DNA of 64,000 bases from Eledone cirrhosa (Eukaryota). The stretch lies in the NCBI GenBank assembly GCA_964016885.1, contig OZ024743.1, forward strand, positions 301,196,001-301,260,000, given 5' to 3'. The stretch's first letter is position 1. Every line of letters starts with the position of its first letter. This document shows, piece by piece, positions 28,437 through 42,370 of the stretch. The translations under genes and the position numbers were made by a program. The notes under the pieces are model-generated. The model did not search any database. It worked only from the letters and a program-made list of their open reading frames with translations, and had not been told where the DNA came from.

Positions 28437-29709
28437 CATTTCAGATGATGACAGCATCTGAAGATCTCAGTCTTTGAGTTAAGGCAAGTGGAAGTAGCTC
28501 TCAAGTTTAGCAAAATCCTATACTTTTCTGTGGTACACAAAGAACAATTCTTTGTGCCCCTTTGGTACTCCCTCGAATGGTCTAATATAGACCAATCAAT
28601 AGAGTACGGGATGTTACTATCCTTGAGTTCCCACACCTTACTTGCGAGGGCCGTTGATGTTCGTTTATCGGAGTGCTTAAAAGAAGCGACATGAGAGTAA
28701 AATCTGGTTTTAAACCTGTTCTGGGTCATACCGACATATCGCTCACTCCTGGCTGGCTGGTTGTTGATTACCGGTGTTATATTAGCCTCATAAACAACAG
28801 ATTTGGTGTTACATTTACCCTGCAATGGGCATTCATCCGGCTTCCTGCAACTGCATCCTGGATTTATTCTCGTATGTTTTGAACAGGTGATTTTGGACTT
28901 CATAGATGGGCAACAAGAGTAGCTGATCTAAACTACGTTCCTATTAAATATCTTATAATATCTATGATTAGGAGGACAATGTTTGTCTAAGAGTTCAAGG
29001 AATTTCCTTCCTACATTAGTTTTGACAGTTAGAGAGAAGGGGTGTGTGAACCAAATAATCTTCCATTTACTGTTATTGTGGTTAGTTTTAGGGGGGGGGG
29101 GGGGTAAATAAGATATTTTTTCTATAAAACCGCTGTTCTTAAGGGCTTTATTATAATAAGGGGTGGCTTTATTAAAAATGTATATAGACGAAGATAAGGT
29201 AGAAATCCTACGGCTAATGTTAGGAATACGATTATTAAAAGCTATAGGGGGATGGCAAAACTCTGGGTGGGAAGGTGTGGGGACTCAGGGATAGTAACAT
29301 CCCGTACTCTATTGATTGGTCTATATTAGACCATTCGAGGGAGTACCAAAGGGGCACAAAGAATTGTTCTTTGTGTACCACAGAAAATTATAGGAATTTG
29401 CTAAACTTGAGAGCCACTTCCACTTGCCTTAACTCAAAGACTGAGATCTTCAGATGCTGTCCTCATCTGAAATCGCATCTGATCTGTAACTGGATTGACA
29501 CTCCTATGATAAATCAACCGCCTTGAACTCCCTCTCTGCTCTTTACTTCTGCTACGGTTTTTTTTGCTGAATCTACGTTCTGTGCTCTTGTATATATATT
29601 TTTTTCTCCCTTACCTCCCCTTATATTTCACCTTTTCCTATGTCGCCTCCCCCCCATATATTCTTTTTGCCTTGCCCTTCACATACCTATGTGTATGTGT
29701 ATGTATATT

Positions 29710-29750
<41 letters not shown>

Positions 29751-29754
29751 GTGC

Positions 29755-29828
<74 letters not shown>

Positions 29829-29867
29829 GTGTGTATATGTATGTATATGTAGATAGACCAAATTTTT

Positions 29868-29925
29868 TTCATTCTGAAGATTGAAGGAAACATTTTTTGC
29901 TTTTAAGAAACCACTGGTGAATGGA
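29868..29925 (+). ncRNA. Hammerhead-like motif with GUG triplet
   Basis: CATT-CTGAAGA...GAAAC-CACTG-GTG-AATG. Confidence 0.65.
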
Positions 29926-30049
29926 ATAATTGCCTTATGTTGCTTGTTAATTTATTACTTTACTAATATATATATGTATATGTAAGGTTCATATGAATTA
30001 TCTAAGACTTAGTTTTACTCACACACACATGTATATGTGTATGTATGTG

Positions 30050-30096
<47 letters not shown>

Positions 30097-30804
30097 GTTT
30101 GTATTTGGCTGTGCGTGCTTATGATATGTACGTATTTGTATGTGTATAATTGTATAGCTATGTATGTATATGTATGTGTGTATGTATACATATACGTGTG
30201 TGTGTGTATTTTTTATATTTATGTATATATATATGTATGTGTATATAATTACATATACATATGTGTGTGTGTATATGTGTGTGTATAATTGTATACGTGT
30301 GCATAAGCGTGTTTGTGCATGTATTTGTGTATCTGTATGTATGTGTTTATGTATTTGTATATGTATTTGTTTACGCGTGAGAGTGTGTGTATGTATTTAC
30401 TATTTCGTACGTATGTATACGTGCATTTGTGTGTATTACTACCACGCGTGTCTGTCCAGTTACCTGCCGTGTGTATCGCTGACAAAATTTTTTTCATATA
30501 TATATATTTTTTTTCTCATATTTATTTGCGTGTGTGAATATGTAGAGGAGTGCATTTATGTATGTGTATGTATGTACGTGTGTATATATGTATGATTGTG
30601 TGCATGTATGTATGTATATGTATGTGTGTATATATGTGTGTGGTTGTATATATGTATGAGTATGCATGGATGTGTTGATATTTAAGTATGTATATATGTG
30701 TATATTAATGTGTTTGTGTGTATTTATATACACATATATGTGTGTATATATGTGTGTGTGTGTGTATGTATAAGTGTATGTATATGTGTATATATATGTG
30801 TATA

Positions 30805-30855
<51 letters not shown>

Positions 30856-31013
30856 ATGTATGCTTTTGTGTGTGAGTGTAGGTGGTTTGTGTGTGTGTTT
30901 GCATGTGTAGTTTTATTTTATTTTTCCTTTCCTTCTCCTTCTCCAGCCTCACTTTCATATAGATTGCATTTTTGTTTTTAAAATTCAAATTCAATAAACA
31001 GACCACGATTTTT

Positions 31014-31071
31014 TTCATTCTCAGGATTGAAAGCAAAATCTTTTGCTTTTAAGAAACCACTGGTAAATGGA
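31014..31071 (+). ncRNA. Hammerhead (GUA site) with core change CTCAGGA
   Basis: Homologous to 13049-13106. Confidence 0.65.
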
Positions 31072-31097
31072 ATAATTGCCTTATGTTGTTTATTAAA

Positions 31098-31222
<125 letters not shown>

Positions 31223-31290
31223 CAGCAAAAGGTATATTTAATGTGTTATTAATTCAACAAATATAAATACGATTCTCGCTAATTTATATT

Positions 31291-31337
<47 letters not shown>

Positions 31338-31338
<1 letters not shown>

Positions 31339-31860
31339 CGTTTGTAGATAGACAGGAAAGCCTCAAAGAAACGTTTCTTACCATGTTCTTGGTTATGCTG
31401 GCAGGATTGTTAGAATGCTTACTTATGTAATTAAGCGTATCATTCGGCATTCTATACGAGTGGTCCAAGCCATTCGAAAAATTGATGGTAACGTCGTGGT
31501 AATTAACCAACGAGAGGTTGTCCTCAACCTGCATGGAGAGTTTGAAGACTTTAAAGAAGGCTGTGAGTTCATTTTCTGAAGCCGTTGCAAGCTCGTGGGC
31601 CGCACTTTGTCATGTTCAAAAGACCGTCATCATGGTACAAACCACCGCCCACATTGGAGAATTCTTCTTGATAGAGAAAAGAAGAAAAAAGGCCGATAAT
31701 ATCAGTAACCTCCGCGGAATCGCTGGCGCCCATACTAACGTCGAATATGGTGCTATTAGATTGTTTAATCCAAATAGGGTTGTCGAAATTAATCAGCGAC
31801 TTACGCGTATTGAAGATGACATCAACTTCGAAATCTTTAGCGATAGTGAGCGTGTTAGCT
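31338..31860 (-). pseudogene. Penelope-type reverse transcriptase fragment
   Basis: FDVSMGASDSAEVTDIIGLF, GGGLYHDDGL, VNYHDVTIN...YRMPNDTLNYISKHSNNP. Confidence 0.88.
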
Positions 31861-32031
31861 ATATATATGTGTAGGTATGTATATTCCCTCTGATAGTTTG
31901 TAAACATTTTACATAGATCTATATGATATACATACCAAGACACACACATATATTCTAGAAACGATCGTAAAATGATGATTTTTTTAATATAAGGAACTGT
32001 TTCTTTGTTTTTATTTATTATTGTTATTAAT

Positions 32032-32850
<819 letters not shown>

Positions 32851-33024
32851 CGTGATTAAGTATATCTCTCTGGCGGCGAAACAATTGTAACTCTCAATAA
32901 ACTGAATCTAGATGCATCACTGATTGTTCGTCTGTTTATATTATTTTCACTCTGCCCTGTTAGAACATTGAGTGCTCAACTGGCATACCACCTATGGAAG
33001 CACCATAGCTACCATTAAACACAA

Positions 33025-33095
<71 letters not shown>

Positions 33096-33799
33096 TGTGT
33101 GTGTATTTATGTCTGGTTGTGTGTTTCATTGTCTGTCTCTGTGAGTGTCTACATACGCTAGAGTGTGTAAATTGTGTATGTGAGTATTTTCCAGATGATT
33201 CTATATAATTATATTAATACAAACTATATAATATTGCAAGATTGTATTAACAATTTTGGGCAATTGATTACATTTCCAGTAGACTGATGTTGTAACTTAT
33301 GTAATCATGGTTATCATACTTTAAGCAAACAGACCATTCATAATTGAATACAATTTAGTGATATTTGGAAACAATATTATTGTCGATTGTTTCTCTCTGT
33401 CACCTCTAGAAGAAACGGGTGGTGATGGTCATCTATATAACACCGTAAAGAGGATGCAAACGAATTGCATATTATTATTATTCCATATAAAGGGCGGTGG
33501 ATTGGCAGTATCGGTAGAGGGTCGGACGCCATGCTTTGCAGCAAAGAATTACGGCCCTTTATGATCTGAGTTCAAATCCCACCGAGGTTAACTTTGCTTT
33601 TCATCCTTATGGGGGACGATAAAATAAAGTACCAGTAATGAACTGGTGAATTGCTGGCCTTGTGCCAGAATTAGAAACAATTATTATTCCATATAAAACT
33701 GACGAATGCAAACGCACACACACAGAGACACACACACACATATATATATATATAATAAAATGTGGACAGGAGGCACACGACTTAGGATATTTCTATATA

Positions 33800-34910
33800 T
33801 ATATGAAAACAGGGAGAAAGAGACGATTATGAGGAAGAAAAACATTTTTTTTTCTTTTTTTGTCTCTCTCTCCTTTTTTCTGGGTTAGAAAATGATTAAA
33901 ACGAAATGTTTTACTTTGTGTGAAGTGTTAAGGTTTTAGTTGATTTATTTATTATTTAACAATGGCATTTATTTATCTATTTATATATTTAATTAGTGTC
34001 TATTACCGGTTTTTGCATTTATATGCATTATCAAATGATAGTGAAATGTATTAGTGTGGTGTCACACATGTTAAACAGAACGTGCAGAAAGAATAATGTC
34101 ATATACAAACAAGGTTTAAGAAGGGAAAAAAAAAAGAAAAAGGAAAAAATAATCGTACGTAATGTGGAACGTAAAAAGTCAACGTGGAAGAAAAAATAAT
34201 GTTATTTACAAGCAGTCATTGAAGTTAAGCAGTTCAAAATGTGTTAATATCGCAAGAGTACTTAGTTGAACCATGGTTCCGTGAAGGAGGCAAATGGTGG
34301 ACTGTGGTTTGATATGATTTCCCTTTTTAGAGAGTTAATATGCAGGGGGAAGCAATTCTTGCTGGGTGATATTTAATTTATTTAAGAAACAGGATTAGAT
34401 AGGGTGTGAGGGAGGTAACTCTTGTAAATGTTTGATGGTTTGTTGCAGTTTTAGATTGGTCCGATTTTTAGTTGAAATTTATTTATGAAATGTGTTTCTT
34501 TATTGGAGCGTGGATGAAAGTAGCGTTGTCTATGAATTTGTAAATGGGGAACATTTTAAAGTGTGGATGCTGCTTGGGCGCACAATTGGCGATAAGTTCA
34601 CTAAATGCAATCTTTCTGTATTCCTGTATTTTAATTTGTGATTTATGGACGGTCATACGTTGACGGAGGCTGTTTTTTGTCCGTCCTATGTAGTGCTCTT
34701 GACAAACTGAGCAGGTCAAAACATAGATAAGGTTTTCAGATGCAGATGTAAAGTTGTGTTTAACTGTGAAACGTTGTCCGTGTTTAAAATGGAATGTTGA
34801 ACCTTCTATTAGATTTATGCATATGACACAGTTGGGCCTTCCGCATTTTGTTACTGTAGGGTTTATTGTGAGTGTTTGTAGGATTTTGGCTTGTGTGAGG
34901 ATGTTTTTTT
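33800..34910 (-). mobile_element. Neptune-type PLE 3' fragment (GIY-YIG)
   Basis: KCGRPNCVICINL linker, NLIYVLTCSVCQEHYIGRTKNSLRQRMTVH; decayed hammerhead TTGATAA...AAAACCGGTA at ~34000-34041. Confidence 0.8.
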
Positions 34911-35357
34911 ATGGAGATGGAGTTGGCAATTTTTAAGATATGGCAATTCTCAAAACTCAGGTGAGGGTACGGTAATTTTCACTTTTCGCAGGTAAAATCA
35001 AATTTTTGGAATGATAATGCAATTGATAATGAGGAAGCAGTTTGCCCAACAGTTTTCTCAATGCTTATAATTGAGTCATACGATATAAAATTCCAGGTGT
35101 TATTTCACGGTTATTTTACAGACTCAGATATTTGACGGAGGGCATATAAGTTAACGTAATTCTAAAAACAAAGAAGGCGTGATTAAAACACTTATTTAAT
35201 TATACCTTCTAACACCTTCTTCATCATCGAGATCTATCAGAGACTATGCAGTCTGTATAAATATAGTTTTCCAATCAATCTCTCGCAATACTATACACTT
35301 GAACAAATCTTACGATTTGTTAGATTGTATGCAATGCTAGAGAAAATTATATAAACG

Positions 35358-35406
<49 letters not shown>

Positions 35407-35996
35407 GTGTGTTTGTGTGTGTATGTGTGTGTGTATGTGTGTATGTGTGTGTGTATGTGTGTGTGTTTGTGTATGCATTTATCTAGGCATGCATGCATTT
35501 ATGTACGAATATACTGCCTATACAACGATTAATATTTTAAAAGTAAACGTTTTTAAAGAAATAATGTTATCTATAGAAATTGTTTCATTTTGTTGCGATA
35601 ATATATAAACAATTAATCTTTTATGGCTTTAGATTGCTAATCACTATTATTTGTTAAGAGTCAAATGTTTATTCTTTTATGTTATAAAACCACATAGAGT
35701 TTGTAAAAAAAAAAAAAAATAATAATAATAAGACTCATACAAAACTGAAATGATACTAATATCAATAAAAAAATTAAAATGTTAAGAAAAAATATCAAAA
35801 TTCTTTGCAAATGAACAGTAGAAGAATATTGACTGAAAACTTGTATATTTTAAATCCGAGCTCAAATCTTTTGATAAATATGCATAAAAAACAAATGCGA
35901 ACTCACATACAGATTTATAAATACATTCACTAACACTAAATCATGTCCCGTCTTTCTCACTCTCTGTCTGTCTCTGTCTCTCTCTCTCTTTCCCCT

Positions 35997-36031
<35 letters not shown>

Positions 36032-36959
36032 GAAACTAAATTATAGCTATATGAAAACTTCCTGGGTGTATCTATCTATCTCTCTCTATATATAGGAACG
36101 AGTAGGAGACCGACGGCTGAGCTCAAGCCGTTTCGACGGCTAATTCTGGACTAAATGAACATTTTTATCCTGGTATATGAATAGCCGAGCTTCTCATGGG
36201 GTAATTCCATATATGGTAAAAGTGATTGTCACAAGGAATGGTCAAACGTTTGTTGTTGAGACACATAATTCTATCATGGCAATTTGGGGTAGCTGAACCT
36301 GCCAGTAGAAGAAAGAGGGAGAGGGTGTGGAGGAAACCCAGTCGTGCGTTGATAGTGCCAACTACAGCTGGGCAGGAGGTCAAGGAAGTATACTAGGGAA
36401 GGGAGGGGGAGGAAGTCGGAACAATAAGTAAAACAATATGGGGTAAATATATAGAAAAATACCGAGAATGTTAAAAAAACAATTAATTATAAAAAAAAAA
36501 CAATTTCTGGTTACTATAACCTAATGACAGCTATCAAGTCTCTCACTGGTACTGCTAGACTAAAGAAAGGTTTACTAGGTGGGACGGAATTATAATGAGA
36601 CCCTTTTAAGAGGTATTAGTAATCAACCGAATATATCTTACAGTGACGGGTCAAAAAGTGGGGCGCCAAAATACTAAAGAAACTACCACCAAATAATAAT
36701 TCAACGTCCCGAGACTAATACGAACAAGGCCAGCAACCACCCAGTGCAAAAAAATAAACTAATACGAAATAATAATTCAGATTCCCGAAAAAAGAATACT
36801 AGTACTATCTCTAAGGGTGCCGCTACGATACAAACATTCTAGTGCAAACTACATAAATGCTCGTATGCTCGTACGAAGTATATGTAAAATTTGATACGGA
36901 AAATTAACTTAGAAGCTGCCCCCCCCCCCCCCCCCCCCAACCCCCAAAAAAAAAAAAAT

Positions 36960-38460
36960 ATTGGTTCAGTAATATGGAGGACAAACGATATACTAAATTC
37001 ATCCAGTTTGACATAGAGAGTTACTATGCTTCAATTACCTTACCGCTACTTACGGCTGCCTTGGACTTCGCCGAAACACTTGCGCCCATCACCGACCAGG
37101 AAAGAAACATCATCCTCCACGCCAGGAAGACAGTCCTACTCTTCGACAACTCCTATGGATAAAGAGAGCTCCCGACTCACCCTTTGACGTCAGCATGGGC
37201 GCGACGGATTCGGCTGAGGTCACAGATCTTAATAGGATTATTCCTACTAGCTAAACTCACCGATATGTTCCCTTCATTCGGCGGTGGATTGTACCGTGAT
37301 GATGGGCTCCTTACCCTTAAAGGGTACAACCCCAGTAGTATAGACCGGGTCCGTAAACAATTAATCAGCTTCTTCCGCGACTGGGGATTTAAAACAACCC
37401 TACAAACGTCCCTGACTCGAGGAAACTTCCTGGACGTTAACCTTGACCTCGTTAATGATCTGTACTATCCATACAGGAAACCCAACGACAACCTGCACTA
37501 CATCCACCGCCGGTCAAACCATCTTAAGAAAAGCACCAATAACCTGGTTAAAAATTTCTCCGCATATCCGTTTGTCCGCTAATGAGCAGATATTCGAGGA
37601 ACATGCGCCTTATTACAACCAGGCCCTCAAGCGGAGTGGTTTCCGGGAGGAAATATCCTACTGTCCATCTTCCATTAGCGGAACCAGCTGGCGACATCGC
37701 CGCTCACGCAATGTAACATGGTTCAATCCTCCTCACAACGCCGAGGTGACAACCCCTATCGGGAAATCTTCTTTAGGCTCATTGAAAACACTTCCCACTA
37801 CAACACCGCTACCACAACGTAATTAACAAAAATACCATCAAACTCTCTTACAGCACCACACCAAACTTTGCACAAAACATCGTCTCCTCTAACAACAAAA
37901 GACTCAACCCCTATGGAAGAAATAACCTAAATAGCAGTGGAGAGCCGACCAGGAGGTGCAACTATCCTTATGGATCCATTTGCCACCTCGACAACAGATG
38001 AAGAGATCGTAATGTGATCTACCAGTGCAACGTGAGGACGGACACCTCCAACAAAGCTTATATAGGATTAACCGCATGTGACTTCAAGACCCCCCGGCTA
38101 TACCAACGCAGACATACCTTCCGAAACCGGGCCCGGCGTCACGCCACTACACTTTCGGGCCACAAATGGGACCCCAAGGATAACAATATTACCTATGATC
38201 TCACTTGGAGTTTACTGTCCAGAGTCAACCCTTACACGGGGGGACGCCGTCCGTGCAATTCATGCTCGGAGGAAACTTTACAAATGCTTTTTTCGACGGA
38301 CCAACTCCTAAACAAGAATGATGAACTGGTAACTTCATGTAAACTCAGATTGCGGAGGACTTACCTCGCCCTCAAACCCCATAATGACCCGGGGTTAGAC
38401 AAGGGCTATACCACCCTAGTTGCCGACTTTGTAATGGATAACCCCTGCTTGCAAAGGTAG
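36960..38460 (+). pseudogene. PLE reverse transcriptase plus GIY-YIG endonuclease (frameshifted)
   Basis: FIQFDIESYY, GGGLYRDDGL, NFLDVNLDL...YPYRKPND, VTWFNPP, VIYQC...AYIGLT, CNSCSEETL. Confidence 0.92.
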
Positions 38461-39550
38461 ACGTAAGATCGTCTTTTATATCTTTTTATCGCTTCCTCTA
38501 TATTTCCTTCTCCCCCACCCATTCCTCCCTGGTCCTTCCACCCCAGTCCTCTTTCTTTGTCGTCGTGCTTTTAACTTTCTCACCCACCCGATGCAGCCCC
38601 TCGGTCCTTTGTAGCCTCAGTAGCCCCACACCCTTCCCCTATTCTATGGTAGAATTGGCCGACACCGCTTTTTATAGCAGAAGTGATAGACCCCGGATAC
38701 TTGCCTTCTTATCCGATGGCTGCCCTCTTTTCCGTGCTTTCTACATTTCTTAGTGGTATCTTTGCTTTAATTTCTCGTATATCAGTATTGGTGTGGGCGT
38801 GGAGGGGGGGGGGGCTTCTGAATTAATTTTCCGTATCAAATTTTTCATACACTTCGTACGAGCATTTATGTAGTTTGCACTAGAAATTGTGTATCGTAGC
38901 GGCACCCTTAGATATAGTATTAGTATTCTTTTTCGGGATTCTGAATTATTATTTCGTATTAGTTTATTTGTTTGCACTGGGTGGTTGCTGGCCTTGTGTC
39001 TAGGGTAGAAACCTTTATTTCGTATTAGTCTCGTGACTAGAATTATTATTTCGTGGAAGTTTCTTTAGTATTTTTTGCCCCCCACTTGTTGACACGTCAC
39101 CGTAAGATATACTCGGTTGATTACTAATACCTCTTAAAAGGGTCTCATTATAATTCCGTCCCACCTAGTAAACCTTTCTTTAGTCTAGCAGTACCAGTGA
39201 GAGACTTTATAGCTGTCCTTAGGTTATAGTAACCAGAAATTGTTTTTTTTTTATAATTAATTGTTTTTTAACATTCTCGGTATTTTTCTATATATTTACC
39301 CCATATTGTTTTACTTATTGTTCCGACTTCCTCCCCCTCCTCCTCCCTAGTATACTTCCTTGACCTACTGCCCAGCTGTAGTTGGCACTATCAACACACG
39401 ACTGGTTTCCTCCACCCCATCTCCCTCTTTCTTCTACTGGCAGGTTCAGCTACCCCTTCCCCCCATAAATTGCCATGATAGAATTATGTGTCTCAACAAC
39501 AAACTTTTGACCAATCCTTGTGACAATCACTTTTACCATATATGGAATTA

Positions 39551-39644
39551 CCCCCTGAGAAGCTCGGCTATTCATATACCAGGATAACAATTTTCATTTA
39601 GTCCAGAATTAGCCGTCGAAACGGCTTGAGCTCAGCCGTCGAGG
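39551..39644 (+). ncRNA. Hammerhead-like motif with long stem II (mirror at 36108-36201, -)
   Basis: CCCC-CTGAGAA...CGGCTA...TAGCCG-TC-GAAAC-GGCT-TGAGCTC-AGCC-GTC-GAGG (GGGG in sister copies); GUC triplet. Confidence 0.6.
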
Positions 39645-39737
39645 ACCTACTCGTTCCTATTACCCACTCTACTACTCTAAGTATTGAGTACTTTGGTGCG
39701 TTATGGTCCACCTGGTTCCTTACCACATTTCCTCCGT

Positions 39738-39896
<159 letters not shown>

Positions 39897-40156
39897 ATGC
39901 GTCTGTATGCGTGTGTGTGTGAGTTTGCTGGCTAGAATTTGTAGAGGCTCTACACGACACAATTTCATAACACACGCAATCGCATTGATGCAACAAAATT
40001 CTCACAGGCATTCACATATACCATTCACAAATGCTACAAACAGATGCAACACAGTACACAGACATTGATTCGAATCATTAAATCCATAGGTTATTCATTT
40101 TCATCTGATATATTGCGAATCATAAAATTGTTATGTAACTGCGTTGATATATTTAC

Positions 40157-40361
40157 CTTTGCAAATTCCGATGCCTTTAATTTCCTCATTTAAATGACAA
40201 TAAAGACCTTCAGCACATCGTTCTTTTGGACTGCATCTGTCACCGTGCTGCCGTGCGCACATATAGCAACAGTCGCAACCATCTTTCACTGTTTTTACGC
40301 CTTCATTGCAAATAAGTTCTTCAATAGGACACTGACAAGGGAATTCGCAGAACTCTTCAGA
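40157..40361 (-). CDS. CCN: Internal exon encoding the IGFBP N-terminal domain of a CCN-family (CYR61/CTGF/NOV/WISP-like) matricellular protein
   Basis: Acceptor ttttgtag|, donor AAG|gtaaat, 205 nt, phase 0 to 1; SEEFCEFPCQCPIEELICNEGVKTVKDGCDCCYMCARQHGDRCSPKERCAEGLYCHLNEEIKGIGICK has the 12-Cys IGFBP pattern with DGCxCCxxCARQ. Confidence 0.88.
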
Positions 40362-40770
40362 CTACAAAATATGATATGGAAGTACAAATATTACAACGTA
40401 ATTAGACGAAATTAACAGCTATCATTAAATACACTTGCCTTAGTATACACACATATCTTTTCTATCAATATATATACTTATGTATGAAACGAAAAGGTAA
40501 AGTAAAAACGGAAGGTCGCACGCATAGAACTTGATGATTCTATTTCTGGAGAAACTGCAAATTAAAATAAGGCGTTCCCAATTAGCAGAAAATAAAGTGT
40601 TTGGTTAGTAAAACGAAATCAAATCAACAAATATTTCAGAGTATTCAGACGGGAAACATCCGCTGAATTGCGCAAAACAAGGTCTCAGTCATGATGTTAT
40701 GAATATCTACACCAAACTTATCGAATGCAAGAACAATAACAACAAATATATTAATCTGAATAGTAATTAC

Positions 40771-40818
40771 AAAAAAAATCAAAACAAAAAAAATACATGA
40801 CAGCAATTTTAACAGCAT
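40771..40818 (-). CDS. Candidate signal-peptide exon of the CCN-like gene
   Basis: ATG-initiated hydrophobic MLLKLLSCIFFVLIFF then |gtaatt, phase 0 compatible with the IGFBP exon; donor is weak and T-rich DNA mimics hydrophobic peptides. Confidence 0.3.
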
Positions 40819-41566
40819 CAAACAAATCTTCAAAGTCGTGAAACAAAGTACACAGGCAAAATTAAACTTAGCAGAAAATAAGAAAGAAACACAGTGGCTA
40901 GAGAAATAGGGCCAAGAATGAAAGCAAGAATATCAACACAAAGATAACATTGATGCGCAAAGGGAATTTTAACTATATTCTTCCCGAATGAGAAACGGGA
41001 AATTCATGACATTCATAAACGAAAACATGTAATCCTAATTTTACAACAAATCCGTTTTGATCGAAGATTATTTGAGATTGAAACCGATGGTTTCATAGGT
41101 AAATACAAGATGTGTAATTTTCGGCGTAGCCACTTCGGTGCAGATTTCATAGTAATTTCAAATTCATGACACAAACTGTGATAAGAGTGCGGTGAGAATG
41201 GAAAAGTATGATTACTTGTACACCAACCAGTCACAGAAAATGCATGGCTTTGTCTTCTCCAGGGGCTAAATTTGCACCATTTGCAAAAAGAATTTTAAAA
41301 AATCAACTGTAGTTATATAAACACTAACTTCAACTTACTCTACGCAGTGTTACGAACGAATAAACATTAAATCTGCATCGTGATTACAGTGAGTACCACT
41401 TCTGCATACATATCCTATATGTGAAAGAAATTAAATGATATATCCTTCGTTTGTTCTGTGTGTAGGAGGAAAATTACATTATCACAGACTATCGAAATGT
41501 TAGTATTTCCTATATGTAATGTATTGTAATAACACACACAAAAATATACATATAACTATATATACA

Positions 41567-41612
<46 letters not shown>

Positions 41613-41615
<3 letters not shown>

Positions 41616-41803
41616 GGAAAAAGTATTACTCCGACGGTAGAGCTCAAGCCATATCGACGGATATTTCAGTCAAGAAATAGCCGTCCAAACGGCTTGAGCT
41701 TTGCCGTCGGGGTCATACTTTTTCGTATTACCCACTCTACTACTCTAAGTAGTGAGTACTCTGGTGCGTTATGGTCCATCTGGTTCCTTACCACAACTCC
41801 TTC

Positions 41804-41808
<5 letters not shown>
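41613..41808 (+). mobile_element. Miniature hairpin-plus-tail derivative of the 36-39.7 kb PLE family
   Basis: Starts ATAGGAA, imperfect ~55-bp inverted arms, tail TACCCACTC...CCTTCGTT; inserted in (TA)n. Confidence 0.85.
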
Positions 41809-41889
<81 letters not shown>

Positions 41890-42336
41890 TGTGTATATGT
41901 GTTTATGTGTGTTTGTGTGTGAGTTTCTTCATGGGCGTGCGCGAGATTGTGGGTGTGCGTTTCTTCATAGGTTTGCGTGTGATTGTGTGCTTATATGTGT
42001 ATGAATGTATATCACATTATCCAATGTGCTATTATTTAGTGAGGAGATAGGGTTGTACACTTCAGGCAATCTAAATTATCGAGTTTTCTCTTGCTATCCG
42101 ACCACATATATAAAAAAATCAATCATTGTGCAACACTATTCATATATTTACTTAACATCTGGTGAGATTATTTCGGCAATTTTAGAGGTAACTGTTATCG
42201 CGATTTCATTTTTTTTAAAACATGCCTATTGATGCATAATTAATGTAAGATGTGTGTTCTCATAGCATCTTACAATAACATCAATTATGACTAAATTATA
42301 TTTATATGCTATACACACACAATCAAGTATGTATTC

Positions 42337-42370
<34 letters not shown>

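Noticed and set aside
33492-33600. A-box/B-box sequences resembling tRNA genes
   Set aside because: They are SINE heads; no cloverleaf can be folded and they continue into SINE bodies
38380-38730. Possible SECIS hairpins after the GIY-YIG ORF (ATGACCCGGGGTTA...; GTGATAGACCCCGGATA...)
   Set aside because: Could not assemble the UGA/GA quartet with correct spacing and an apical AA
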